From a virus (lineage: Duplodnaviria > Caudoviricetes), in IMG/VR virus record IMGVR_UViG_3300017914_002346: a DNA stretch of 64,000 nucleotides. One strand, 5' to 3'. Positions 8,759-17,884 of the stretch are shown piece by piece. Both the position numbers and the translations under genes were made by a program. Position 1 is the first letter of the stretch. Every line of letters begins with the position of its first letter. Below the pieces are notes generated by a model. It was not told the DNA's origin. It did no database searches and was given only the letters and a program-made list of their open reading frames with translations.

Positions 8759-10687
8759 ATGCCTTTAGGTTTCGGGTTTTCATTGATTGCTAGAAAAGTA
8801 GTTTCAGGAGGAGGAGGAGAAGGCTCTGGAGGAGGTGACGGTAGTAACTCTCCTTACGGTGTTAAATATTCTACTACAACTATACCTTTAGACAGGGCTC
8901 CTTATCAATTAACGATTCATAAAACATCCAACGGAACTACTTCAGTACCGGCTAGGTTAAATGGATTAGGTAGTGGAGGAGAGTTTACCCTAAAAAATTG
9001 GACATCTCAAGTTGATTATAATAAAGGAGAAGTTCAAACTATTCATTCAGACTGGACATCGGATACATTTACAACAGCATTATCCGGAAATGATGCAAGT
9101 ACTCAGAATGTAGCATTTGGAGGATCAAAAGATAGAAACGCATATGCTACATATTATAGAGAATCACAGCCACTTCCTTGGGGAGGTTATCAGACGGTAA
9201 CATACGGTAAGGTAAAAGTAGTTAAATGGAATGGTTCGAGCTGGAACCTGGAATACACTTATAAAGGGTATCAGAATCATTTACCTGGAAGAAATGGTAA
9301 AATGCAGATGACTCCAGACGGATCAAGATTAATATTTGCATATGCAACCTCTGGTGTTAACAACCATCATTTAGAACCATACTTGTATGCAGGAAGGAGT
9401 GGTACTTCTTGGGATATTAGACAAGATGTTACTCTTCCAGATACTTCAGTAACTGTAAACACTGATAGGCTATCTATCATGAATTCCGGTCAGAATAGCT
9501 TTGATACTACTAATTCTACCGCTGCATCAACTATAAGATACACTTGCTCTTTTGACGCGGAATTAATGTCATACTTATATGTTTTTCATGATACTTCAGG
9601 AACTAGAAATCATGGAAGGGTAGTTTTAGGACATGTTGACACAGCTGATTTATCAACTGATACATTGCAAAAATTATGGAATAATAAAATTTCAAGAAGT
9701 TTAATTAAAGATTTTATTATTAAAAATAGTAGTGTTCCTATTGATTCTGATGCAATAGGAAATATAGATTCTACATATGCTGTTAATAACACTAACTCAA
9801 CAGCTCAAGGCGTTTTTCATCCCTACGCACAATCTTTAGTTAACGGATTAAACTATATGGGATTAGGAGGAGACACTTTACATGAAAATTCTATGCCGTT
9901 TCCCTTAAAAAACGGAATTTACAATTCCGGTGTAAGCATGTCTAAAAATGGAAGAAAAATGATTATATCGTTGAATAATCCATATAGAATTAACAAAACT
10001 ACATCTGAATGGAGATCTCTAAATGGGGGACATACTAGTGATATTAACAAAACATTACATTTTTCTAGTTTAGTTATTTTTGAAAGAGATAGTTTTACTG
10101 ATCATACATGGACATATAAACAAACTATTAACTGGTATGATAGCGACACTCATGACGCAACATATTCAAACTATTTAAATAGATGGGTTGGAAAAAATGA
10201 AAATGATTCTGATGCAAAACCGTTTTTTGGCAAACCTATACTTAGTAAAGACGGTAACGCTTTTGTAGTTGAATGTCATAATTATCTTGGAGATTCAGAA
10301 GCATTATCAGAGACTGTTAGATTCGGTGCAGTTAATGGATACTATCAGCAAAGAGTTCATAAACGACCTGGAAGAACCCACTTTATGATTTTCAATTATG
10401 ATAGTGATGATGCAAAATATAAAATGGAAAAAATTTATAGATGGCATTTAGAAGATTCTGATCATGTAGGGTTTATGAGTAAACCTAGATCTGCTAGTGA
10501 TATGACTAATAGACATATAATTTACGACTATAAACCTCATAGAGCTCCTCCTACAATTGCATGTACAAGTGATGATTTAAAATATATAGTAATTCATGCA
10601 GCTAGAGACTCAGAACGTAATGATCATGCGTCAACAGGTGTTTTTACAGGCGCATACGTTCTTTACGATAGTGAAAATAATTATTAA
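8759..10687 (+). CDS. Putative virion adhesin, beta-propeller-like, DS[D/E]-rich C-terminal half
   Basis: Blade-like segments (MTPDGSRL, MSKNGRKM, LSKDGNAF, TGAYV); N-terminus MPLGFGFSLI. Confidence 0.6.
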   Translation: MPLGFGFSLIARKVVSGGGGEGSGGGDGSNSPYGVKYSTTTIPLDRAPYQLTIHKTSNGTTSVPARLNGLGSGGEFTLKNWTSQVDYNKGEVQTIHSDWTSDTFTTALSGNDASTQNVAFGGSKDRNAYATYYRESQPLPWGGYQTVTYGKVKVVKWNGSSWNLEYTYKGYQNHLPGRNGKMQMTPDGSRLIFAYATSGVNNHHLEPYLYAGRSGTSWDIRQDVTLPDTSVTVNTDRLSIMNSGQNSFDTTNSTAASTIRYTCSFDAELMSYLYVFHDTSGTRNHGRVVLGHVDTADLSTDTLQKLWNNKISRSLIKDFIIKNSSVPIDSDAIGNIDSTYAVNNTNSTAQGVFHPYAQSLVNGLNYMGLGGDTLHENSMPFPLKNGIYNSGVSMSKNGRKMIISLNNPYRINKTTSEWRSLNGGHTSDINKTLHFSSLVIFERDSFTDHTWTYKQTINWYDSDTHDATYSNYLNRWVGKNENDSDAKPFFGKPILSKDGNAFVVECHNYLGDSEALSETVRFGAVNGYYQQRVHKRPGRTHFMIFNYDSDDAKYKMEKIYRWHLEDSDHVGFMSKPRSASDMTNRHIIYDYKPHRAPPTIACTSDDLKYIVIHAARDSERNDHASTGVFTGAYVLYDSENNY

Positions 10688-10705
10688 ATTTAAGAAAGCG
10701 AAAAA

Positions 10706-11767
10706 ATGTATAATATTATTGGAAGAGGGACTGCTGGTATAATAACAGCAGCTCTTCTACTACTTAATGATAATAAAATTAGATGGTACTACAATTCAAA
10801 AATTAAACCTGTTAGAGTAGGTGAAGGTACATTAACAGACATTCCTCAATTATTTACTGCATTAGGTTTTTCAACAGAAGAACTTATTGAAATAAATGCA
10901 ACTTTTAAAATGGGTCTTTTTAAATCTGGATGGAGTAAAAATGATTTTTACGACGAGTTTAAATTAGGTCATCCTGGTATTCATATGAGTGCTGTAGATT
11001 TACAAGAAAATTTTTTTAGTAAACTAGCATCTCATCCTAATGTCGTTGAAGTGGTAGATGAAGATGTTTGTGTTACCGATTTTAACTCCGACTATACTAT
11101 AGATTGTTCCGGTACCCCTAAAGTCTTTGACAATTCTTTTGTTGAAACTAATATTCCTGTTAATAATGCTTATGTTACTCAATGCAATTGGGGTAAGAAA
11201 AGAATGGAATTTTCTCTCACAATAGCAAGACCTTATGGTTGGGTTTTTGGTATACCGTTACAAAATAGAGTAAGTATAGGTTATTTGTTTAATGAAAACT
11301 TTAATAATTTAGAAGATATAAAAGAAGATGTTAAATACATTTTTGAAAGATTTGATTTATATCCAACAAAGGAAACTAACCATATAAAATTTAACAATTA
11401 TTACAGAAAAGAAAATTTTAATAATAACTACTGTTTCAGTGGAAATAAATCGTTTTTTCTAGAGCCATTAGAAGCAACTTCTTTATCTTGTAGTTTAGAG
11501 ATAGCGGGTATTTTATTACAAGAAGATCTAAGTCCATTAGTAAAAAACTCTCATTATAAAAATCTCTTAAAACAAGCTGAAAATGTAATTATGTTACATT
11601 ACTTGTCAACAAATAATTTTAAAACAGATTTTTGGAAATATGCCAGAGATAAAGCCTTGACACATTTTGATGGTAAAGATTTATATTACATTAAAAATAA
11701 TTGTTTATTTTTTGACAAACATAAAGTTGAAAAACACATAAGAGAGCTTGAAATAAATATTGTATGA
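10706..11767 (+). CDS. Flavin-dependent tryptophan-halogenase-family protein
   Basis: IIGRGTAG, VGEGT, IDCSG, GWVFGIPLQNR, FLEPLEATS. Confidence 0.85.
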   Translation: MYNIIGRGTAGIITAALLLLNDNKIRWYYNSKIKPVRVGEGTLTDIPQLFTALGFSTEELIEINATFKMGLFKSGWSKNDFYDEFKLGHPGIHMSAVDLQENFFSKLASHPNVVEVVDEDVCVTDFNSDYTIDCSGTPKVFDNSFVETNIPVNNAYVTQCNWGKKRMEFSLTIARPYGWVFGIPLQNRVSIGYLFNENFNNLEDIKEDVKYIFERFDLYPTKETNHIKFNNYYRKENFNNNYCFSGNKSFFLEPLEATSLSCSLEIAGILLQEDLSPLVKNSHYKNLLKQAENVIMLHYLSTNNFKTDFWKYARDKALTHFDGKDLYYIKNNCLFFDKHKVEKHIRELEINIV

Positions 11768-12141
11768 GAAAGCGTAAAAAAGCACCTCCTCAGGTGCATA
11801 GAGTTTATTGTACATATTTCCCTGATGGCAGATACTATATTGGATACTCTGGTAAACCAGATAAACAATACGAAAAGTATTTCGGGTCTTCAACAATTGT
11901 AAAAGAATATGAAGGTGAGTTACAAAAGGAAACCATCTTCACATATGATAAGAAATCGTATGCGAAGATGGCTGAATTTTTGCTTCAGTGGCAACAGAGA
12001 AATGATCCTCTCTGTTTAAACGACATGATCAATATTAGACTGAGAATGACTCATCTAGCTGAATTTGAAATGTCCCACCATTGGACACCTCGAGACGTTT
12101 CGCAACTTCAATTTTGTCTTCAGCATCAGCAATCTGAGTAA
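11764..12141 (+). CDS. GIY-YIG-like putative endonuclease
   Basis: HRVYCTYFPDGRYYIGYS...YFGSS...E...N pattern. Confidence 0.65.
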   Translation: MRKRKKAPPQVHRVYCTYFPDGRYYIGYSGKPDKQYEKYFGSSTIVKEYEGELQKETIFTYDKKSYAKMAEFLLQWQQRNDPLCLNDMINIRLRMTHLAEFEMSHHWTPRDVSQLQFCLQHQQSE

Positions 12142-12277
12142 GAAGAGTATCAATTTCTTCAGCATGTTGTGGGTGTTCACCAATACCTACTGAATTATTC
12201 TGATAGATTTTAATTGTCTGTTCAGCAACAGCAATCTCACCTTCATACTTTTTAATTAACGCATTTAACATAGACAT
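12035..12277 (-). CDS. Hypothetical protein
   Basis: NSVGIGEHP motif; end of the minus-strand nrd operon. Confidence 0.7.
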   Translation of the reverse strand: MSMLNALIKKYEGEIAVAEQTIKIYQNNSVGIGEHPQHAEEIDTLLTQIADAEDKIEVAKRLEVSNGGTFQIQLDESFSV

Positions 12278-12453
12278 TACATTGAATTCCTTTTTTCTTG
12301 GATTTCTTTTCTGCGCTCTTTTACGAGTTTACCAATTTCACCAAGAGCTTTTCTTGATGTAGTTGATGCACCTTTGATACCTTTTGTCTCAAATCTTTCA
12401 TTTTCTTCAAGATAAGATTCAAAAGCTTTAACAATATCTTCATGAACACTCAT
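12277..12453 (-). CDS. Histone H1-like (Hc1-family-like) small protein, 58 aa (not in ORF track)
   Basis: MSVHEDIVKAFESYLEENERFETKGIKGASTTSRKALGEIGKLVKERRKEIQEKRNSM; TAATG-coupled on both sides. Confidence 0.7.
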   Translation of the reverse strand: MSVHEDIVKAFESYLEENERFETKGIKGASTTSRKALGEIGKLVKERRKEIQEKRNSM

Positions 12454-12581
12454 TATTTAATCTCCACAGCTTTCATAGCAGCAGCCATTGTAACTTTACC
12501 GTTAATCATGTTCTGATGCTTGATAGCTTTTTTTCTTTGTTTTCTAACTTCGCGTTTGCGATCACGCTGCTGTTCGTTCAT
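12453..12581 (-). CDS. Small basic hypothetical protein
   Basis: MNEQQRDRKREVRKQRKK...; likely true start inside ORF 12453..12677. Confidence 0.45.
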   Translation of the reverse strand: MNEQQRDRKREVRKQRKKAIKHQNMINGKVTMAAAMKAVEIK

Positions 12582-13527
12582 ATGTACCCCAGTTACCTTC
12601 CATACCGTTAGCTGAGTACTCAGTAACTCTTTTCTCAAAGAAGTTATCGTGTGAAGCGCCATTAAGCACCCAATCAAGCCATGGAATAGGATTATCTTTA
12701 ACGTTAAATTTAGGTTTCATACCTAACTGTAAGAGACGTCTATCAGCAATATGTCTAATATACTGCTTAACTTCTTTCTCTGTCAAGCCTTCAATTGCAT
12801 TGCCCTTGAAAGCAAGTTTAATAAACTTATCTTCTAATGCTACAGCATCTTTTGACATCTGATAGATTTTAGATTTAAGTTCATCAGTTACAATACGAGG
12901 ATGCTCATCACAGAAAGTTCTAAACAACTTCGCATTACCTTGTACATGCATAGATTCGTCTCTAATTGACCATTCTACAATAGTACCCATACCCTTCATT
13001 TTACCGAAGCGTTGAAAGTTAAGAAGCATAACGAAAGAAGCAAACAATGACATACCTTCGTTAAACACTGATTGTGCTAATGCAAGAGCGAGACCTGTAT
13101 GTGTCTGAATATTATTATCTTGCATATACTCAATCTTATCAGCCATCTCAGAATACTCTAAGAACTTATGAAAGTCTTCTTCTGGTAAACCTAGCGTATC
13201 ATTTAAAAGAGCATATGCTCTCTGATGTACACCTTCTCTGTTAGCGAAAGATGCTAACATATTTCTAATCTCATTATTCTTAAATTTAGGAATCAAAAAC
13301 TCATGATAGTTCTGACCTACCTGAACATCTGATTGTGTAAACAATCTAAGAATATGGGTAATAAATTCTTTCTCACCCTCGTTAAGTTTAGTACGCCAGT
13401 CCTGAACGTCTTCTGACAATTCAGCTTCATCTTCTACCCAATGGATTTCTTCATGTTTCTTTACCAAGTCCACTGCCCATGGATAAAGAAATGGTTTATA
13501 TGTTTTAGATTCTTCTAATAATGACAT
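12562..13527 (-). CDS. nrdB: Class Ia ribonucleotide reductase beta subunit
   Basis: EGVHQRAY, EGMSLFASF, IRDESMH, NFFEKRVTEY. Confidence 0.97.
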   Translation of the reverse strand: MSLLEESKTYKPFLYPWAVDLVKKHEEIHWVEDEAELSEDVQDWRTKLNEGEKEFITHILRLFTQSDVQVGQNYHEFLIPKFKNNEIRNMLASFANREGVHQRAYALLNDTLGLPEEDFHKFLEYSEMADKIEYMQDNNIQTHTGLALALAQSVFNEGMSLFASFVMLLNFQRFGKMKGMGTIVEWSIRDESMHVQGNAKLFRTFCDEHPRIVTDELKSKIYQMSKDAVALEDKFIKLAFKGNAIEGLTEKEVKQYIRHIADRRLLQLGMKPKFNVKDNPIPWLDWVLNGASHDNFFEKRVTEYSANGMEGNWGTYERTAA

Positions 13528-13718
13528 TAGCTTTCCTTTTTAGTTGAGGTTTTCTTCGCTGGTTTATCATCAAGTACAATTTGTTCTTCTAACGCTTGAA
13601 CACGTTGGTCTAAACGCCAGATAATTGAAGCGAGTTTAGCAAGAGTATTCTTATCTGGATTACCTCTAAGAGTTACTCTGTTAATCTCTTCTCTAAGTTC
13701 GTCTGTGTAAGTACTCAT
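13527..13718 (-). CDS. Hypothetical protein
   Basis: ORF with AGGAG SD between nrdA and nrdB. Confidence 0.65.
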   Translation of the reverse strand: MSTYTDELREEINRVTLRGNPDKNTLAKLASIIWRLDQRVQALEEQIVLDDKPAKKTSTKKES

Positions 13719-13727
13719 AATTTCTCC

Positions 13728-15722
13728 TTATCCTTCACACGCTCTACACTCGGCTCCTTCGAACGTAGCTTCATTACTATTATTATCAAAAAACTGCATA
13801 AGTTCGTCATAACCCCCGATATAATTACCATCTAGATAAATTTGTGGTACAGTTTTTACATCTCTGCCAGTTACTTCAGCAGCTGTTTTACCTATTTCCT
13901 TAAGGTTAACAAACTCGTGTTCAATACCTCTCATAGATAATTCTTCTTTAGCCATTTCGCAGAATGGGCAGTCGTCTTTCCCATAAATGACCGTACCCTT
14001 GTAGTCCTCGAGCGCGATCCGTTCGACTTTGTCAGCAACAGTTTCTGCACGCGATTTGGCTTCAGTACGTAAGTAGTAAAGACCTTTGAGGCCTCCTTCC
14101 CAGGCTGCCAAGTGTACGCTATTAACATAGGATCTCTCACAACCCGCAGGGAAAAATAAGTTAACGCTTTGTCCTTGACAGACGAATCTTTGCCTATCAG
14201 ATGCGTGACGTACGACCCACATTTGATCGAGCTCCTGCGCAGTCTTAAAAATATTCTTTTCTTCATTCGAAAGGAAGTCAAGGTGTTGGACAGAGCCTTT
14301 ATTTGTAATAATAGATGACCATGTCTTATCATCATTCTTTTCCTTCTTCGCTAAAACTTGTTCCAAGTATTTGTTCTTAACTAAGAACGAACCTGCTCTT
14401 GTTCTATGTGTATATGCATTTGCTTTTAACGGCTCAATAGAAGGGCTAGTAGAAAGAATGATACCGCTAGAAGCGTTGGGAGCGATTGCCAGAAGGTGCG
14501 CAAATCTATTGCCAGTTCCAATACCATCAGGATATTCTCCTCTTCTTGTTGCTAAGTCTTTTGATTGCTTTGCTGCTTTTGTTTTGATGTTGTCGAAGAT
14601 AATCGAGTTGTGTACAGCTGCGCTCTCGGACTCCCAGGCGATATTGTTTCGCTGTAAGTATGAGTGGAATCCCATTGCACCAAGTCCAATTGACCGTTCT
14701 CTTTCAGCACTATACCGCGCTCTGGATATAGCATCCGGCGCATTTTCGATGAAGAATTCCAAGACATTATCAAGCATCGTAACAAGATCTTGTACAATAT
14801 TGGTATCTTTCCACTCCTCAAACAACTCCAGATTAAGAGAGGACAAACAACAGACAGCAGTGCGATCCGGACCTGTAGGTAGGTGTATTTCATTGCAAAG
14901 ATTAGATCCATGAACTTTTAATCCCATATTTTTTAGATTGGAAGGTAACGCGTTGTTAGCAGTGTCAATAAAATTAAGATATGGTTCTCCGGTTCTAAAC
15001 CTAATTTCAATAATACGTTCCCAAAGTTTACGTGCATTTACTGTCTCCTTTACAGAATTATCTTTAGGGTCTTTTAGATGCCAAGGCTCATTGTTAAACA
15101 CACAGTGCATAAACTCATCAGAGATATTTACTGCGTTATGTAAGTTAAGAGCTTTTCTCTGTACATCTCCAGTAGGAATACGAATGTTAATAAACTCCAT
15201 AATATCAGGATGTGACACATCCATATAAGCTGCATAAGAACCTTTACGAGTTTTACCCTGTCTATATGCAATCATATCTGCATCTACTGTATGTAAGAAC
15301 GGAATAGGTCCGGGAGCAATATCTGATACAGTTCTTACATCTGACCAGTGGCCACCTACACCACCACCGTAGATAGATAACCATCTTAACTCTGATGAAT
15401 GACTAATAAGACCTTCTAAAGTATCTGGTACATAAGTTAAGAAACAAGAGATAGGAAGGCCTTTGTCTTTTTTCGTTCCATTAGGTGCGTTAGATAACAC
15501 TGGGGATGCAAACATAAAGTATTTCTTACTAACATAATCATATAGACGTTGCGCTAATTCATAATCAGTTTCACCTTTATAGGTAGCCCATGCAGTTGCT
15601 GCACGTGCGTATGCTTCTTGAGGTGAATCCTCATGATCTAACATATAAAAATCTTCTAACATATTGATTGCATAATCAGTTAGAATCTTATCGTTATCTT
15701 TGTTAATTTTTACTTTAGCCAT
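13728..15722 (-). CDS. nrdA: Class Ia ribonucleotide reductase alpha subunit with in-frame glutaredoxin domain
   Basis: ISCF, GSNLCNEI, APNASS, GLKGLYY; then CPFC...TVPQI...IGGYDEL, then terminal CRACEG. Confidence 0.97.
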   Translation of the reverse strand: MAKVKINKDNDKILTDYAINMLEDFYMLDHEDSPQEAYARAATAWATYKGETDYELAQRLYDYVSKKYFMFASPVLSNAPNGTKKDKGLPISCFLTYVPDTLEGLISHSSELRWLSIYGGGVGGHWSDVRTVSDIAPGPIPFLHTVDADMIAYRQGKTRKGSYAAYMDVSHPDIMEFINIRIPTGDVQRKALNLHNAVNISDEFMHCVFNNEPWHLKDPKDNSVKETVNARKLWERIIEIRFRTGEPYLNFIDTANNALPSNLKNMGLKVHGSNLCNEIHLPTGPDRTAVCCLSSLNLELFEEWKDTNIVQDLVTMLDNVLEFFIENAPDAISRARYSAERERSIGLGAMGFHSYLQRNNIAWESESAAVHNSIIFDNIKTKAAKQSKDLATRRGEYPDGIGTGNRFAHLLAIAPNASSGIILSTSPSIEPLKANAYTHRTRAGSFLVKNKYLEQVLAKKEKNDDKTWSSIITNKGSVQHLDFLSNEEKNIFKTAQELDQMWVVRHASDRQRFVCQGQSVNLFFPAGCERSYVNSVHLAAWEGGLKGLYYLRTEAKSRAETVADKVERIALEDYKGTVIYGKDDCPFCEMAKEELSMRGIEHEFVNLKEIGKTAAEVTGRDVKTVPQIYLDGNYIGGYDELMQFFDNNSNEATFEGAECRACEG

Positions 15723-16569
15723 TAACTTTCTTCCATGCGTTAAATTTTATTTTAGCTGCAAGTCCAGCGTAGGTATTATGTTCAACCAGATGTTGAACGT
15801 CAATACCTTTAGATATCATATCGTTTATGTCTTTTTCTTTAATGTAATTGGGCCAAATAACTGTCTTAAAACCTTTTTCAATATACTTCTCTACCTTACC
15901 GACTATTTGTTTGTTCCTAGGCTCGTTATCAAAGACTAAGACAGCGTTTGAGTTGTATTTATCATCTATACCATCTGATCCCGCCATGGCTATACAATTT
16001 TTTAGAAATAAACTATCAATAGGTCCTTCTACTACATAAAAAGTTTTATTAAGATCAACTTTCTGTTTACCAAATAGTTTCTCTTCTTCTTTAAACATTA
16101 TAGTAATGTATCTAGGTTCTGATCCGTCTAGTGATCTACCCTGTAAACCAAATAGATCTCCATCTTCGTTAAAGAAAGGTAGGATTAATCTTTCAGATCG
16201 TCCGACGTCAACCTGGGCATACTTAGCAACATCTCTAAAGTCCTCACAGTAAAAGAGCTCAGAATAAGCGCTACTAGGGATGTTTCTATTCCGTACATAA
16301 TGTACGCATTTATGGCTATCAGGAAGATCAGATAGAACCGTACAATGAGATAAGATATTGCTATAGTTGATATTTGATTGGATATTGCTCCTACTACTCC
16401 TATCGATAGCACTATTGTTGTTAACATTTTTTACCTTACTATAATTAAAGTGTCTTTGACAGTGATGACATAAGAACATCTCTCTATCTTCATGAGTATA
16501 GACGAAGGCATCCTTACCACAGTAAGGACAGTCACCATGCTTTACAAGATCACTTAAGTTTCTGAACAT
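15715..16569 (-). CDS. gp61: DNA primase (T4 gp61-like)
   Basis: CPYCG..CHHC Zn finger; VVEGPIDSLF; FDNEPRN; KDINDM. Confidence 0.93.
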   Translation of the reverse strand: MFRNLSDLVKHGDCPYCGKDAFVYTHEDREMFLCHHCQRHFNYSKVKNVNNNSAIDRSSRSNIQSNINYSNILSHCTVLSDLPDSHKCVHYVRNRNIPSSAYSELFYCEDFRDVAKYAQVDVGRSERLILPFFNEDGDLFGLQGRSLDGSEPRYITIMFKEEEKLFGKQKVDLNKTFYVVEGPIDSLFLKNCIAMAGSDGIDDKYNSNAVLVFDNEPRNKQIVGKVEKYIEKGFKTVIWPNYIKEKDINDMISKGIDVQHLVEHNTYAGLAAKIKFNAWKKVNG

Positions 16570-16582
16570 ACAGATATTATAT

Positions 16583-17137
16583 CTATCTGTCTAATATTTT
16601 TCTGATATCTTTGCGTTTCTTTTTACCAAGAACTGGATCAATGCCGGCTATTCCTGTAGCATTTACTTGTGCATTTGTACCTGCACCTGACATAGCGCCT
16701 CCGAATGTAGCACCGGATGTCATAGATTCCATCATTGCTTCTTCCCAAGCATCCATGAAACCTTCAGCAGTAGAAAGATCATGTTTAATCTTAGGAACAA
16801 TTTTATGTTCTTGTAATTTTTCCATTAGTACATCTGATGTTTCTTTATTTGCTTCATTCTCTACATGTTCTTTTAGTAAAGCTAACGCAGCAATATATGA
16901 TGCAAGTTGAGTAGAACCACCAGGTACTTTAGCAAGTAATCTTTTAAGATTGAATACCATTCTATCTAATAATGTAATTGTTTTCTTTTGATTAGCTGTT
17001 CTGTCACCAGGTTTAATTAGAATTTTACCTTTAGCGTCAATAACACCTGCTTTAAAAGCAGCTGTTTTGTTAAACGGAGTAACAAGCTTTTTTAAGATTC
17101 TAAAAATTATAACCGTATCAATTACATTAGCGGGCAT
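16583..17137 (-). CDS. Conserved T4-like hypothetical protein with capsid-N-arm-like C-terminus
   Basis: FRILKKLVTPF..T.AFK.GVID..G; aa137-170 match gp23 aa51-84. Confidence 0.8.
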   Translation of the reverse strand: MPANVIDTVIIFRILKKLVTPFNKTAAFKAGVIDAKGKILIKPGDRTANQKKTITLLDRMVFNLKRLLAKVPGGSTQLASYIAALALLKEHVENEANKETSDVLMEKLQEHKIVPKIKHDLSTAEGFMDAWEEAMMESMTSGATFGGAMSGAGTNAQVNATGIAGIDPVLGKKKRKDIRKILDR

Positions 17138-17501
17138 TTCTATCCATCTCTTTTAAACTCTTAGCAGTATACAGATCAAACTTTATTTCTGGCATCTCAT
17201 TAGGTATTAAAAATCCAAAATAGTTCAATACTGTTTTCATTACCTCTTTTTCTTTTTCAGAGATACCATACATTAATATTTTCTTCGCAGCTGGTAACTC
17301 AAAACTATTTGTAAAACATAATATATGATTGCATAACAATCTAATATTTTCCGATCTTTGAGCTGCAAACTTTTTAACTAATTTTTTTGCAAGCTTATGT
17401 CTTGATAAATCATCTAGAAACTCTTCTTTACTTAAACAAGACTCAGATCTATAATTTTTCGCAGCATAAACCTCTAGATTGCTATCGTTTAGGTCCATCA
17501 T
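17127..17501 (-). CDS. Conserved T4-like hypothetical protein
   Basis: YAAKNY...EEFLDDL...RLLCNHI...N.F motif. Confidence 0.75.
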   Translation of the reverse strand: MMDLNDSNLEVYAAKNYRSESCLSKEEFLDDLSRHKLAKKLVKKFAAQRSENIRLLCNHILCFTNSFELPAAKKILMYGISEKEKEVMKTVLNYFGFLIPNEMPEIKFDLYTAKSLKEMDRNAR

Positions 17502-17883
17502 CTTTTACAGTAATCTTCGGCTTCATATTAACTTTTTCAGTTTTACCTGATAACTTTATTTTCACAGCCTTAGGATCTGCTTCATCTTCTACATCCTTAC
17601 GACCTATAGCAACCTGTGAACCCGGCGCAGCAGTAGGATCTACTGGAGGGCCTGGAGGCGGAGGAGGGACCTCTTCTCCACTTGTATCGTAATGCGTTTC
17701 TGTTCCCGAACCATCAGCATTCTTTTTGACCTCCTTAGAGATTTTTTTTTCTTTCTTTTCCTCTTTAGAAGTTTCTGTAGAAGTTTTACCTCTGGAAATT
17801 TCAGCTCCATCATTAATCTTCTCATTTAAAAACTCTCTAAAGTTAGACAAAGAACCAAATTTTTTAACTAACTCTATATCCAT
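17482..17883 (-). CDS. Hypothetical protein (Lys/Glu/Pro-rich)
   Basis: Start reassigned to MDIELVKK; C-terminal LSGKTEKVNMKP. Confidence 0.65.
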   Translation of the reverse strand: MDIELVKKFGSLSNFREFLNEKINDGAEISRGKTSTETSKEEKKEKKISKEVKKNADGSGTETHYDTSGEEVPPPPPGPPVDPTAAPGSQVAIGRKDVEDEADPKAVKIKLSGKTEKVNMKPKITVKDDGPKR

Positions 17884-17884
17884 A

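Noticed and set aside
11764-12141. GIY-YIG ORF as part of a mobile intron
   Set aside because: Free-standing, no interrupted host gene; nrdA, nrdB, gp43 and thyX appear free of introns and inteins
14371-15228. Long antisense ORFs over nrdA, and similar ones over kdsA, gp22 and gp43
   Set aside because: No SD or recognisable motifs; explained by codon bias of the sense gene
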